Made by a program: the position numbers and the translations under genes. Shown here piece by piece: positions 26,908 to 38,386 of a DNA stretch of 64,000 nt. The notes below the pieces were generated by a model that was given only the letters and a program-made list of their open reading frames with translations, did not search any database and was not told the DNA's origin. The stretch lies in assembly GCF_000143415.4 (NCBI RefSeq), contig NW_003314309.1, forward strand, positions 737,459-801,458, read 5' to 3'. This DNA is from Selaginella moellendorffii. Lineage: Eukaryota > Plantae > Lycopodiophyta. Positions within the stretch are counted from its first letter, which is position 1, and each line of letters begins with the position of its first letter.

Positions 26908-29277
26908 TCACCAGCAATCAGAGCACGAACAAGCTCCACCATTGAAGTGATGGAATCGGTAGCAATCCCTCACCACAATTTCTCTCTTGGTGTTCTTGGA
27001 CGTGAGCTTCATCACGACATGGCAATCCTCGCAGATCCGCAAGTTCTTGATGATGGTGATCTTGCTCCCCTCCTTCGTCCCGATCAATCCAAACCCCAGC
27101 GCCAATTTTTCACTGTGATGCCACAGCAAATTCTCCCGGTGCTCGTCCTCCACATCGTGGAGCACCGATCCCACATCCGGGACATAATCCTCCTCGCTCT
27201 TGAGAACCACTCTCAGCTCATCCAGCCGCTCGTAGATCTCCCCAGTTCGAGGATGCGATCGATCCTTGACAGCAAACTCGTGAACCCTGTTCTTCACCTC
27301 AATCCAGCTCCGCCCCGGCTCCTTCCTCGCCCCATTCTCGCTCATTCTCCTCCGTATCTCCTCCGCCTCGTCCCATCGCCCCGCCGCAGAGTAAACATTC
27401 GAGAGCACCGTGTAGCTCGCGCCATGGCTAGGGTCGATTGCTACGATCGCCTCCGCTGCTCGCATTGCCCGATCCTGGTCCTTGTGGATCCGGCATGCGC
27501 CCAGCAGCGCCATCCACGCCGCCGCGTCGGCAGCGATCGCCATCGACCGCAAGAAACCCTCGGCCTCCTCCAGCCATCCCGCGCGCCCTAGGAGATCCAC
27601 GACCGCGCCATAGTGCTCCACGCTGGGAATCAAGCCATAGTCGCGGGAGATTGCGTAGAATATTCGCGCGCCGTCCTCCACCTGGCGCGCGTGACTGGAC
27701 GCTGACAGGGCGGCCGTGAAGCTGATTGGGTCTGGAGATATTCCCGCCAGCTGCATTTCATACAGTAGCCGTACCGCCATGTTAGCATAGCCGTGCTGCG
27801 CGTACCCCGCCATAATGGCATTCCACGTGCTGACGTTGCCCTGCGGCGCCGCGTCAAAGATTCCCCGCGCGGCGTCCAGGTCACCGCACTTCGCATACAT
27901 GTTCACCAGCGCATTCCGGACGAGAATGTCGTGGGGGTCGCAATCGCCTGGACATTCCGCCATCCAGCGGTGGAGATCGCGCCCCGCGCTCGCCGCCGCC
28001 CCGCTAGTGGCGCAGGCGCCAAGAACAGCGACTAGAGTGAATTTGCTGGGGCGGATTCCGAGCTGGAGCATCTGGCGGAAGTGGAGGAGCGAGCCATCGG
28101 CGCGGCCGAATTGGGCGTGCGCGGCGATGATCGCGTTGAGCGTAATCACGCCCGGGTGCTGGATCGCGGCGAAGACCTCGGCTGCGCGATCCAGGCGGCC
28201 GCAGCGCCGGTACATGCTCACAAGCGCGGTGGCGACGATGAGATCCGAATCGTAGCCGTGGGCGCGCACGTCCCTGTGGATGGATTCGCCACGCTCGAGA
28301 TCGTCCGGGCAATCGCACGCCTCGAGCACATTGACGAAGGTCACGCCGTCTGGCCGTATGGTCATTCTTCCATATAGATCAAGAGCCCCGGAAGAATGCC
28401 CGTTTTGGGCAAATGCTGAGATCATGGTGTTCCACGAGCACACGTCTCGCCGATCCATTTTTTCGAAGATATCATTAGCGCGAGTGATATTCCCGCCACG
28501 GCCAAAGAGGTTGATGATAGAATTTGCTACGGTGGTCACGGATATCAGTCCCGAATCGATCGAACACGAATGGATCAAGTTGCCGCAGGTGGTGATCTTG
28601 GCAGCTATTCCAGCGACGGCGCTGGCGATGCAGATGATCGTCACCGCGTTTGGAGCAATGCCCTGGAGCAGCATCTCGCGAAAGACGCGAAGCGATTGCT
28701 CCTTCTCGTCGCCACGGGAGTAGACAGTGATGAGCGCGTTCCACGACACGACCCCGCGCTCCTGGATCCGATCGAATGCGTCTTTGGCGCGATCCAATCG
28801 CCCACAGCGGCCATACATTCCGATGAGCGCAGTGCCCACCACGAAGCTCCGATCGAATCCACTCTTCTCGGCGAATTCCTGGACGATCTCGCCCTCCTGG
28901 ATCGTTCGCGGCGCCTTGATCAAGCTGAGAAACACCACCGCATCCGGCAGGCTCCCATCCTGGAGCATTCGCTGGAAAAAAAGCAGCGATCGAGGGAAAT
29001 CCCCGGCCTGGGCGTTTGCGCGGATCACCGCATTCCAGGACAGGGCATTGCGCCGGGGCATTCGATCGAGCAGGAGCTCCGCGTCGCGCGAGCTCTCGAG
29101 CCGGGCATACATGTGGAGGAGGTGATTGGAGAGGAAGAGGTGATCGCCATAGCCACTCTCAATCACCCGGCGGTGGATCTTCCTTCCCTGCTCCAGCGAC
29201 GTGGATTCGTCTACCAGTCGCGCGAGATCCCTCCAGGAATCCACCGGCGCGGCCGGGGGAAGAACACTCAAGATCAT
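26908..29277 (-). CDS. PLS-E-DYW PPR protein (organellar C-to-U editing factor), C-terminus DCW
   Basis: 789-aa intronless ORF with PG box PGRSWIE, deaminase motifs HSEKLA and CEDCH, and the end RFHHFNGGACSCSDCW. Confidence 0.95.
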   Translation of the reverse strand: MILSVLPPAAPVDSWRDLARLVDESTSLEQGRKIHRRVIESGYGDHLFLSNHLLHMYARLESSRDAELLLDRMPRRNALSWNAVIRANAQAGDFPRSLLFFQRMLQDGSLPDAVVFLSLIKAPRTIQEGEIVQEFAEKSGFDRSFVVGTALIGMYGRCGRLDRAKDAFDRIQERGVVSWNALITVYSRGDEKEQSLRVFREMLLQGIAPNAVTIICIASAVAGIAAKITTCGNLIHSCSIDSGLISVTTVANSIINLFGRGGNITRANDIFEKMDRRDVCSWNTMISAFAQNGHSSGALDLYGRMTIRPDGVTFVNVLEACDCPDDLERGESIHRDVRAHGYDSDLIVATALVSMYRRCGRLDRAAEVFAAIQHPGVITLNAIIAAHAQFGRADGSLLHFRQMLQLGIRPSKFTLVAVLGACATSGAAASAGRDLHRWMAECPGDCDPHDILVRNALVNMYAKCGDLDAARGIFDAAPQGNVSTWNAIMAGYAQHGYANMAVRLLYEMQLAGISPDPISFTAALSASSHARQVEDGARIFYAISRDYGLIPSVEHYGAVVDLLGRAGWLEEAEGFLRSMAIAADAAAWMALLGACRIHKDQDRAMRAAEAIVAIDPSHGASYTVLSNVYSAAGRWDEAEEIRRRMSENGARKEPGRSWIEVKNRVHEFAVKDRSHPRTGEIYERLDELRVVLKSEEDYVPDVGSVLHDVEDEHRENLLWHHSEKLALGFGLIGTKEGSKITIIKNLRICEDCHVVMKLTSKNTKREIVVRDCYRFHHFNGGACSCSDCW

Positions 29278-29332
29278 AGCGCGCGAGAAAAGAGAAAGGT
29301 CAAATAGAGCGAATATTCATTAGACGACTGGG

Positions 29333-29885
29333 TCAAAGGGGCCTTTGAATCTCGTAGCCACGCTTCGAGAGTTCTTGGAGAACGCTCGCCAAGGTGTTTG
29401 GATTCGAGAAAACCTCCTTGACAAGACAATTCTCGATGGCTTCCAGTTCTTCTCTATCTTGATCCGCCACCTTTTGCTTCTTTGGCGGTGGAAGTCGGTG
29501 ATACCCTTCGAGTATGTCGACCACATTCAGCAGTGAAGGATCGTGCTCCTTATCCACCTCTTTTATCGGAATTGGATTATCATCCTCCTTGTCAACCTTT
29601 GGTATCTCGTGCTTATCCGGAGTTAGATCATCCTTTTTGTCAACTTTTGGTAACGGAGTTACGTGATCTTTTCCATCGAGTTTCTTCCTCTTGAGGCTTG
29701 GAATCGCGTTGTAAAGCACTGGAAAGGAGCGAAAAAACACTTAAAAGGAGCCAAATTCCACCCAGAAAACCTGCTTACGTCTAAACGGATTAAACGATGG
29801 CTTCCTCTCATTCTCCGCCTTGGCCGTCTACACGAAAAACAACTTGAGAACGAGGCAACGAAAAGAAAGCATAGAACGTTACCAT
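29333..29885 (-). CDS. Orphan 145-aa charged protein with NLS-like motifs (coding exons 29885-29883, 29827-29779, 29718-29333)
   Basis: Two canonical GT-AG introns join ATG, TAKAENERKPSFNPFR and LLYNAIPSLKRKKL... in frame. Internal repeats PKVDKKDD / PKVDKEDD / KEVDKEHD; PPPKKQKV. Confidence 0.6.
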
Positions 29886-29999
29886 CGCCAACCTACAGAA
29901 GAACACAAAACCACAGAACTACAAAACCTAAGCCCCCATATATAGTCTAAAACTTGATTTCATCTTATTAAAAGGAAGAGAGTTTTTAGAACCACGGAG

Positions 30000-32493
30000 T
30001 TAGAGAGTGATCACCCAGCTGGGCGCATCACTTCGGCACCCAGCCAGCGTCCTGTACGCATACAACTTCTCAACCGGCTCGCTGCAATCCATGACAAGCT
30101 CCCCGCCACCTTTCTCGCCACCTTCGCCACCTTCAGCGTCACCTTGCTCGCGGATCACCTCGACGTTGAGCCTGGGCATCGCCCCCGCCAGCCAGCCGCA
30201 GCCGGCGAGGCTCACCCTGCAAGCCGACATCCACAAGAACCTCATGGACTCGTACTGGTGAAGCCCGGCTAGCAGCGCCGAGTCTCCGAACGGGCTGTCG
30301 CGGATCTCCAGCTTCCGGAGCCTCGGGCAGCCGCTGAGTACGTGCTGCATGGCCGCGTCCGACTCCCCGGCGAAGGCCACCGAGAGCGTCTCCAGCTTCT
30401 TGGCGTAGTGGCCGATGTACTCGAAAGCCCTGTCCGAGAGCCAGCCCGAGACGGCGAGGCGCGACAAGTTCTTGCAGTTCTTGACGATGGCGCCGAAGCC
30501 TTCGTCCATGGTCTCGCCGGTGATGTAGTCGCGCTGCCGGGGGGTGATGATGCACAGGCGGAAGCGAGTGAGCATCGGGCAATTGGTGGCGACGGTCTCG
30601 ATGGCCTGGTTCGTGCACTGCTTGCAGAAGTAGAGCACGGAGGAGAGGTTTGGACAGCCCTGCGAGACGGCCACCAGACCGGCCTCGGTCACCGAGCCCT
30701 GGCCACCGTGATCGGTCGGGAAGACGCGGAGTTCCACCAGGTTCTTGCAGGTCTCGCCCACGGTTTGCAAGCCCCGGTCCTCGACGGAATCCAGAACCTG
30801 TCACACAAAAGTCTAGTTATGAGTTTTCGGAATGGGATGATAGGAAGCTTGGAAACTTTGTAAAAAATGAATTGTGACAAAGTTCCTGGTAAGAAGAGTC
30901 AAGGATAGGTGATACTGGTGGTAAGAAGCTTGCAAACTTTGTCAAGGATGAAGCATGGAAACTTAGTGGTAAGAAGATTAGAAGCTTTGTCAAAGAGGGA
31001 AGCTTGAAAACTTGTAATACCGTGCAAACTTTGTCAAGAATGAAGCGTGGAAACTTAGTGTGGTAAGAAGATTGGAAACTTTGTCAAGGAGAGGAGCTTG
31101 AGAATGGCATTGGCAACTTTGTCTTGGCGAGCAGCTTGGTAGAAGGAAGCTCGGAAGCTCCTGGAGGGAGGGTGTGTTTCAGGCTTGGAAGAGAGAAGCT
31201 TACCCAGAGAGTCTCGAGCTTGGGACAGCGCTGGATGAGCTTGGCAAACTCGGTGGCCCGGATGGTGGCGTAGCTCAAGTTGAGCGACAGGAGGTTCTGC
31301 GCCAGGGGATAGATCAGCGGGATGAAGATCGGCTCCACCATCCAGAAGCCCGAGAGGTGGCGGAGATCCTTGCAGTTTGAGAGCGCGGTGCGGAGCTCCA
31401 CGTACTGCGACCAGTTTTGCATCTGCGAGTAAGTCCCGGTGCCGAGATCGGTGAGCTGCGGGGCCTTGACGAGGAGGCGCAGGAGCTGCTCCAGAGTGAC
31501 GCCTTTGTTGAGGTTGAGCTTCTTGAGGGAGCGGCAGCGCGAGACGAGCTTCTCCAGGCACTCAAAGTTGACATCGCTCTCCAGGCACGAGAAGTTTAGA
31601 GTGACGAGCGTGTTGCAGCTCTCCGGGAAATAGCTTAGCCACTCTCCACCGCGGTCGTCTACCAGGCACTCCTGGAGGTCTAGCTCTTGCAAGTACCTGC
31701 GAGTATGACGAGCATAGCGGTCAGCAACCACCACCAAAGCTAGCTGGCCGCTCAATCCTACGAAGTTCGAGAGCTCTACAGCTGAAAACTCGCTCGCTAG
31801 CCGTGCTAGAGACGTGCACGACTGTCAAACAATGATCTCTTGAGAGACTTCTCAAAAAGAAAGAAGAAATGACTGTAAACTGATGATCTCTCGAAAAAGT
31901 TCTCACAAAGAAAGAATGAAACGAAGAGCTAGAGAGAGAAGAAGCTTGAGTTACCTGCAGTGGCTGGTGATGGCTGCAATGCCCTCGGTGCTAAAACCAT
32001 CGCAGTTGACGAGGTTGAGAGCTCGAAAGTTTGGCAGCAACTGCGAGATCATGAAGAGGCTCTCGTCCGACACGGTCATGCGCTTGAGCCTGAGCGCTTC
32101 CAGCCACGGGTAGCTCTCCACGATGACGGGCATCCAGGGGTGGAAGAAGGCCCCCCAGTTTGGAGGAACCAAGCTAAAGTCGGCGAAGCGAGGCTTCCCC
32201 TTGAGAGTCATCGACTTGAGCCGTGGAAACCTCCGGGTGAGAATGTCTGGAGAAACCGCGTAGCAATTCCCGATGAACACTGCTTCTCGGTTCCACCCCT
32301 CGGCCTTGTACCACGCCTTGCAAACCACGGACACGGCGTTTCGATCCTTGTGTCCCGTGACGAACTTTAAGACGTTTTCCAAGACTTCGTCTGGGAAAGT
32401 TGTAAGCCTCCCTTCTTCCTCGTCCTCCTCTTTCTCTTGTTCGAGCTCCATGAAACTATCCTTGTGCAACACTACCTCGTCTTCCCTGATCAT
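30000..32493 (-). CDS. TIR1: TIR1/AFB auxin receptor F-box LRR protein (exons 32493-31955, 31696-31204, 30797-30000)
   Basis: FPDEVLENV F-box, VFIGNCYAVSP, KGKPRFADF, LRLKRM, RFRLC, SVAFAG and KLEIRDSPFGD; conserved 3-exon layout. Confidence 0.96.
30820..31200. repeat. Degenerate minisatellite filling TIR1 intron 2
   Basis: Recurrent TGGTAAGAAG, AAACTTTGTCAAG and GAAGCTTGGAAA units. Confidence 0.75.
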
Positions 32494-33926
32494 CTCCTTC
32501 TCCCCTCTCGATCGACGCAAACTTAGTAGCGACTACCACTTGTGTGAATATAACTCCAATTCTTCTTCGAGCACCTACACAGCAAAGACAGTTGCTGGTG
32601 TCAGTTCCTTTCCCCTCCCCACGGACGAAGGATGATTCCTCTCACAACTTTGCAGGCAAAAGAGAGCGAGCGTTTTTAAGTCCCTCCGGAATGAACAAGC
32701 ACAAAAGAAGGAGAAAAAAAGGAAGAACAAAATAAAACAACTTTAAAGAAGAATTCCAAGTCGCACACACACTTCATTCCACAGTGAGTGAGAGTACCTC
32801 TTCCGGAAGAAATAAGTGAGAGAGGGAGAAGGAAAAAAAGGGATGCATGGCCAAGAGGTTGGAGTGAACAAGACAATGCCACGACTCTCCCGTGAAGGGC
32901 CACCGAGGAACAATCAAGAGGGAGGAGACGTGGATAAGAAACTACGAGCAGCTATGGAGGAGCAACAGGGCAGTACAAGTCTAGAAATCCAAAGCAGAAA
33001 AAGCAAGCACGCACCAGCCAGCCAGCCAGCAAAGAAAAACGCAAAGAACAAGAGCACCAAAACAAGCAGCGAGCGTGCACTAGTACCACAGCGATGGTGT
33101 CTTTAGGCAAAGGGAAATCAAAGGTAAAATAAATAGCAAGGCTGAGGATGACAGACCAGCAAAAAGAACTCGCGGGAAAGACGAGAGAAAACGAGAAATC
33201 GGGCGATGAGATCAATCAGAGAGCCGTGCTGACCGCTTGGTGAAAATTGAAACCACTCTCAGAATTCAAGGGTGGTAGTAAAGAAAAACAATTAAAAAAG
33301 AAAAAAGAAGAAGAAGACTACGAGGAAAAAACACCAAAAGCAAAAGCTGTAAAAATCAAGAGACGATTCTTTCGGCTCTCACTCGCTCAAGCTTTGCGTT
33401 GGATTTCCACGCACAGAGACAAGCAATCAAAGCGGTGGAGACAATAGACTTTTCCCTCGCTCATTGTCAGCCCTGTTGATACTGATGTGACCAAATATCT
33501 CTCACGTCTTCTAGCCCCCACTCTTTGAGCAAGCACGCAAAAAAAGAAGGAAAAAAAGAGAAGAAAAAGAGAAACGCCATGTTCTTCAGTCGCAACTCTC
33601 AAAACCCAAGAAAAACAAAACCAAAACCAAACCCATCCGATACCAGGGAGGAGAAGTCTTACCTCTTCAAGGACGGACAAATGCCACGGCTGGGCATTTT
33701 GCTGTTGGGCAGCCAGTACAGAGTGAAAAAGCTTCGTGTCACTGGAATGGGGGTCCAGCATCGCGCTTGTTCCTTCGCTTTGTAGCCTCTTTTACCACCA
33801 CCATGGCCTTCAATCCCGGGAACCCAACACGGATAAGATGAATCGGCCGCGAACCCACATCTCAGATTTGCGAGGAGGCAGCCTGTGCTTTCGATTCTTC
33901 CCTTGACACAGACTAGGGGAGAGGAG

Positions 33927-33928
<2 letters not shown>

Positions 33929-33967
<39 letters not shown>

Positions 33968-34074
33968 CAAAGGGGAAAAGGAAGATAAAATGCTGCCCCC
34001 CAGAAATGTGTAAACTAAAGGCCCAGGAAAGGAAACATTGTATAAAATTTATATATGTGAGATACTTTGGCTGG

Positions 34075-34105
<31 letters not shown>
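33929..34105. repeat. (GA)17 and (GCTT)7 microsatellites near the presumed TIR1 transcription start
   Basis: (GA)n at 33929-33962; (GCTT)n at 34075-34105. Confidence 0.9.
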
Positions 34106-37043
34106 CCTTTGTCTTGCTGGTTGTTTGCTTGGCTTGCTCTCCTATGGTCTCAAAGACATTGGGCTACTAAAACTAATCATTCATGTCAGCTCCTACTAGA
34201 GAGAAAAGGAGGAGGAACACAAATATTTTGTGGAGATGGCCCATGAGATTTTGGAGATGTACAGCTGCCTACTTGTTGGTTTGGTGCTGGCTCTTCTGTT
34301 CCCAGTTGAAACAACCAGACCGGGTTAGTGGAGAGAGAGCATAAACAAAACAAGCTTTTGGTTTTAACTTGCTCTCATGTTGGCTTTGTCCTAAGTGGGC
34401 TGCTTTGCTTATATCTGTAACAAAGAATGTGTAAGTGAGTAGTAGTGATTACAGGAGGAAGGTGTGGAATCAAAACAGATTGAGAAGGGCTTTTGTCAGA
34501 GGAATCCCAGGAGAAGACTGGTTCTTCCCCCTAATAAATAATGTTAGAGAGAGAGAGGATAGAGGTCATCTTTCGAGATAGAGAGAGAAAAAAAGAGGAA
34601 TAGAGAAATGATGCCTTGCCAGATCCATCCAGTGCCTGCCCTGCCCCGTTTGGGGGCTATAACATGGAGTTTTTGATCATTTTCCAGGCCCAAACAAACA
34701 AAGCTCTGCTCACCAGCCAGGGAATGCAGAGACCCAACTCTTTTGTGTGTGAGAGAGACTCTGTGCATGAGAGGGAGAGTTTGTGTGTAAACACCAAGGG
34801 GGACTGATTGCTTCCCCAAAGCTTCCAGTTTCAAAGTGTTTGTTAAGATTTTGGTGGGAATATCTTTCTCCTCTCTTTTGCTTGTTTCTAGGAGGAGAGG
34901 AGAGCTCAGAAGAGGTTGCTTCAGAATCTTTGACCAGCTAGGAAGAATAAATTTCTGCACCCAGAGGCCATAAACTGATGACTCTCCTCTCCCAATGTCA
35001 TTTGCACTCCAAGGCCAGCCAAGAGGGATGAAAGAACAAGGATGAAGGAGGGAAAGATCTCAGCTCTTTGTGTCTGTCAGTACCTCCTACCTAGGTACAG
35101 CCAAAGGGCAAGATTGCAATTGCCAAATGCCAGCCCACAAGAGAGATGAGGTGATGCATATATTTCTCAAGAAATAAATTTGGTTTTTTTTTCTTTATGA
35201 GTGAATAGGGGCCACTTTTCTGGAGCCGGCCTGCCTCTGCTGCACTTCTGCCCTGCCTTTTCTCTGCTGCACACAAGTCCCAGGAAGAGGCATTTGTGGT
35301 GCTGGTTATTTGTTAGGTGGTGTCTTGGCTTGGACCATGATTTCAGTTATTCTATCAACTAATTTTGTTTAGTGTCAAATTGGCTAACATTTTCCTCTTC
35401 CACTTTACAGACAGGAGATTGCACAAATGATGAAACTAATTTTTACGAATCATTCTGTGGATCATGGGCAGACAAGGATACTTTTGTATTGTTTGCTGGT
35501 TTGCAGTTTTCTGTTCTGGATTTCACGGATAAACAAGAAATCTAGCAAAGTAAGCACATGAATATTGGCAGATACTTGAAGCTATGGACTTTCATAAAAG
35601 AAAAATATAAAATATAAATGTGTTGAAGTGGACAGTATATGTTTTGATTCTATAAAATTTATAAACCAAAGTGTATGGTCTAGTGGTTTATATCTCTTTC
35701 AGATATTATTGTAATTTACACTATAGTTTTTGTAGGCTCTAGGTTGTTAAATTTATCAATGATTATTTTATTAGATAATGATGCAACTTTTTTATTGGAG
35801 CTTTTCAAAAAGTATACACAGAAAGAAAGTCTTGGAGCTCAAATATTCTTTGACTTTTAGTTTAAGAATTACAAATAGAAAATAGAGGATGAGGGCTTGG
35901 GGACAATCGGTGTAGAGTGATGCAATTGTACAGACTAGCTAGCTCACAACGCAAGAAGATTATTTTCGTAGCCACTTTTGATACGCATTCTACCAGGTCA
36001 AACAGGCCAACCTTATCTACTTCGTGTTCCCGAGTTTTTCCGTTTTCTTTTATCTCCTTGAAGTGCTCACTAAAAAGATGGCTATAGGTGATGCTTCCTT
36101 GCTCCTTTGTTTGTTTGCTAGTTTGTTTCTATGGTACCTCTTAAAGCTAAAGGTCGGTGGTCTCATTTTTTATGCTCGTTGTGGGCCAGTGTGCCTCTGT
36201 TGCATATGTTATATATATGTTGTAGAGTGGATGTGATGTTATTGTGTTGTGGTATGTGCGTTTACACTCTTAAAAATGTAGTATTCCTATGGTGGAAAGA
36301 TCTTGTACCTCATTGTAACTTTCTTCTCTCCTTCTTTCTAGATGGTGTCTCTCCACCTTCTGGGCAAGAGATGTCATTGTCGTGTGAAATTGTTGGGAAC
36401 TTAAGGATTGAAATCCAAGGCCTCAAGCATTGAAGAAAAAGAAGGGGAGAAGCGTATAAAGGAGTAACACTCTCTTATACTTGCATGCGCAGTATGATTC
36501 TTTGTCTCGCTCTTTCCGAGCAGTCCTATGTAATGCAGGCATGTCAAGCTTGTACACAAGCGCTCTAGGAGATGCAACAAGATCGTTTTCTTTGATATTC
36601 ACGTCTTATTTCTTTCTCTTTCCTTACCTTTTTTCTTTTTTGTCATGGAGAAGCCAAAGAGCTCTCTTTGTTGGTTGGCTTGTTTGATTGAGAACTTTCA
36701 AGGCAGCGAAAGTCTTCACATGTTAAGATCCATTGAAGGAGTCCAGATGAGTTTGAAAGTTGGACGTTGAAGCCTCAGAAGCACATGGTTTTCTCCCTCT
36801 CTAGTGGAAAAATCTCTGCAGTGAGTTTGGTGGTAAATCCATCCAAAAGTCCGTGGATAAGGCTGATTGCCAAACACCAGTTGGAGTATTTCTTTTCAGT
36901 TCATCCAGATAATCTCATTTCATAGTTCATTCCAGACAATCTCAACATGAGGATTAAATTGGTGGTCAGGAGTTTTATTGTGAAACCCAAAATAAACAAA
37001 CCAAACCTTGCAACGCAACCTTATTCTAATGAACTAAATCACT

Positions 37044-38162
37044 TTAGGTGCATTTGTAGGCTTCAATAACAACTTGCAGGTCATTGGAAGAGGTGAGACT
37101 CAAGCTTATATTCGCAAATCCCTCTGAAGCTAGCAGTTCGTTCCATTCGTTTTCACTCCTCTCTTTTCCTCCAATTGCAGCTAGCATGAGAACGTCCATG
37201 TCAACTGGCCTTTTCTCGGCTGGGTCTAACACCTCCTCCACAACAACAAGCTTCCCATTTTCCGGAAGTGCCTTGTAGCAGTTTTGAAGAATTCGCTTGC
37301 AGTTTTTGTCGTTCCAGTTGTGAAGAACAGCCTACAGATTAGACACAATCTAATTAGCTAAATTACAAATGCTTTAAGATTACAGTACCTTCATGAAAAT
37401 AGCATCTCCAGAAGGAACACCTTTGAACATATCACCACCAACATGCTCAATTCCTGCATTCGGAAAACACGAGTTGCAAGAACCACGATAGGAGTCATTT
37501 TCGTTACCTGGATATTGTGGAGCAGCCGCAACAACATCAGGAAGATCGAAGTTAATTCCCTTGAGATGTGGATAGTCTTGGACAATCTTGTGAACACAAG
37601 CGCCATGCCCGCCACCAACATCAACGATCACACCTTTGATACCCTCAAACGCTTTGCGAGCCTCCTTAATCGCAGCTCCCATGAAACGCTCAGACGTCTC
37701 CGAGATTGCCGCTCTAAACATCTTGCTGAAGCCCAAATTATGGCTTGCATACTGGTACAAGCTCTTGCCTTCATTTGCCACCTCAAACGCACTCTCATGG
37801 GATCCTCCAAGGGCGAGCTTGTGGATCTCCGAGTAGGAAGCCACCATTGGCTGAGACGTCTGGAGCATCACCATTGCGTGGATGTTCTTGGAGGAGACAA
37901 GGGTGGACGAGAGATTGTTGTGGCTGAAGAAACCGCTGGGATCCTCGCAAAAGATCTTGTTCCTCACTAGAGATTGTAGGATCCTCCGCACAACGTCCGG
38001 GTTGGGGTCACTGGGATTGATCTTTGCGGCGATTTGATTGTAGTGGAGCGGGGATTCACGACCCAGAATGTCTGGAATGCCCAAGCAGATGACCGCTTTG
38101 AGGAGAAATGGCGTGGTGATGGCGTTTGAGATGGAAGCCATTTCCAGATCATAGTCTTGCAT
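37044..38162 (-). CDS. Plant class II SAM-dependent O-methyltransferase (COMT-like), 3 exons
   Basis: Dimerisation domain LKAVICLGIPDIL; motifs VDVGGGHG, FDLPDVV, GGDMF, LHNWND and GGKERSENEW. TATA-like TATATATA ~50 bp upstream of ATG 38162. Confidence 0.93.
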
Positions 38163-38386
38163 GCTTGAAAATCTTGTGATATAGGAAGTGCTGGAACCAA
38201 ATGCATGATATATATATGCTCCATGAATGTCCTTCGCCACAGCGTCAGCATTGTTGAAATCTTTAACGAAGTTTCCACAAGTTTTTGACTTGGCATTGTA
38301 AAAGTTTGGTAGATTTAAAACGTAGGCACTGACTTCCTTTCCAAAGTATTGAATGGTATCATCGAGGAAAAAAAGCTCTCGGCTTC

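Noticed and set aside
30820-31200. CRISPR-like regularly spaced repeats
   Set aside because: Eukaryotic intron; the units are degenerate, without unique spacers or cas genes.
35676-35750. tRNA A-box-like TGGTCTAGTGGTT
   Set aside because: No B-box (GTTCRA) or cloverleaf; at most a SINE or tRNA relic.
36079-36433. Hydrophobic short ORF MAIGDASLLLCLFASLFLW as a secreted peptide
   Set aside because: No convincing spliced continuation or known peptide motif; T-rich sequence yields such ORFs by chance.
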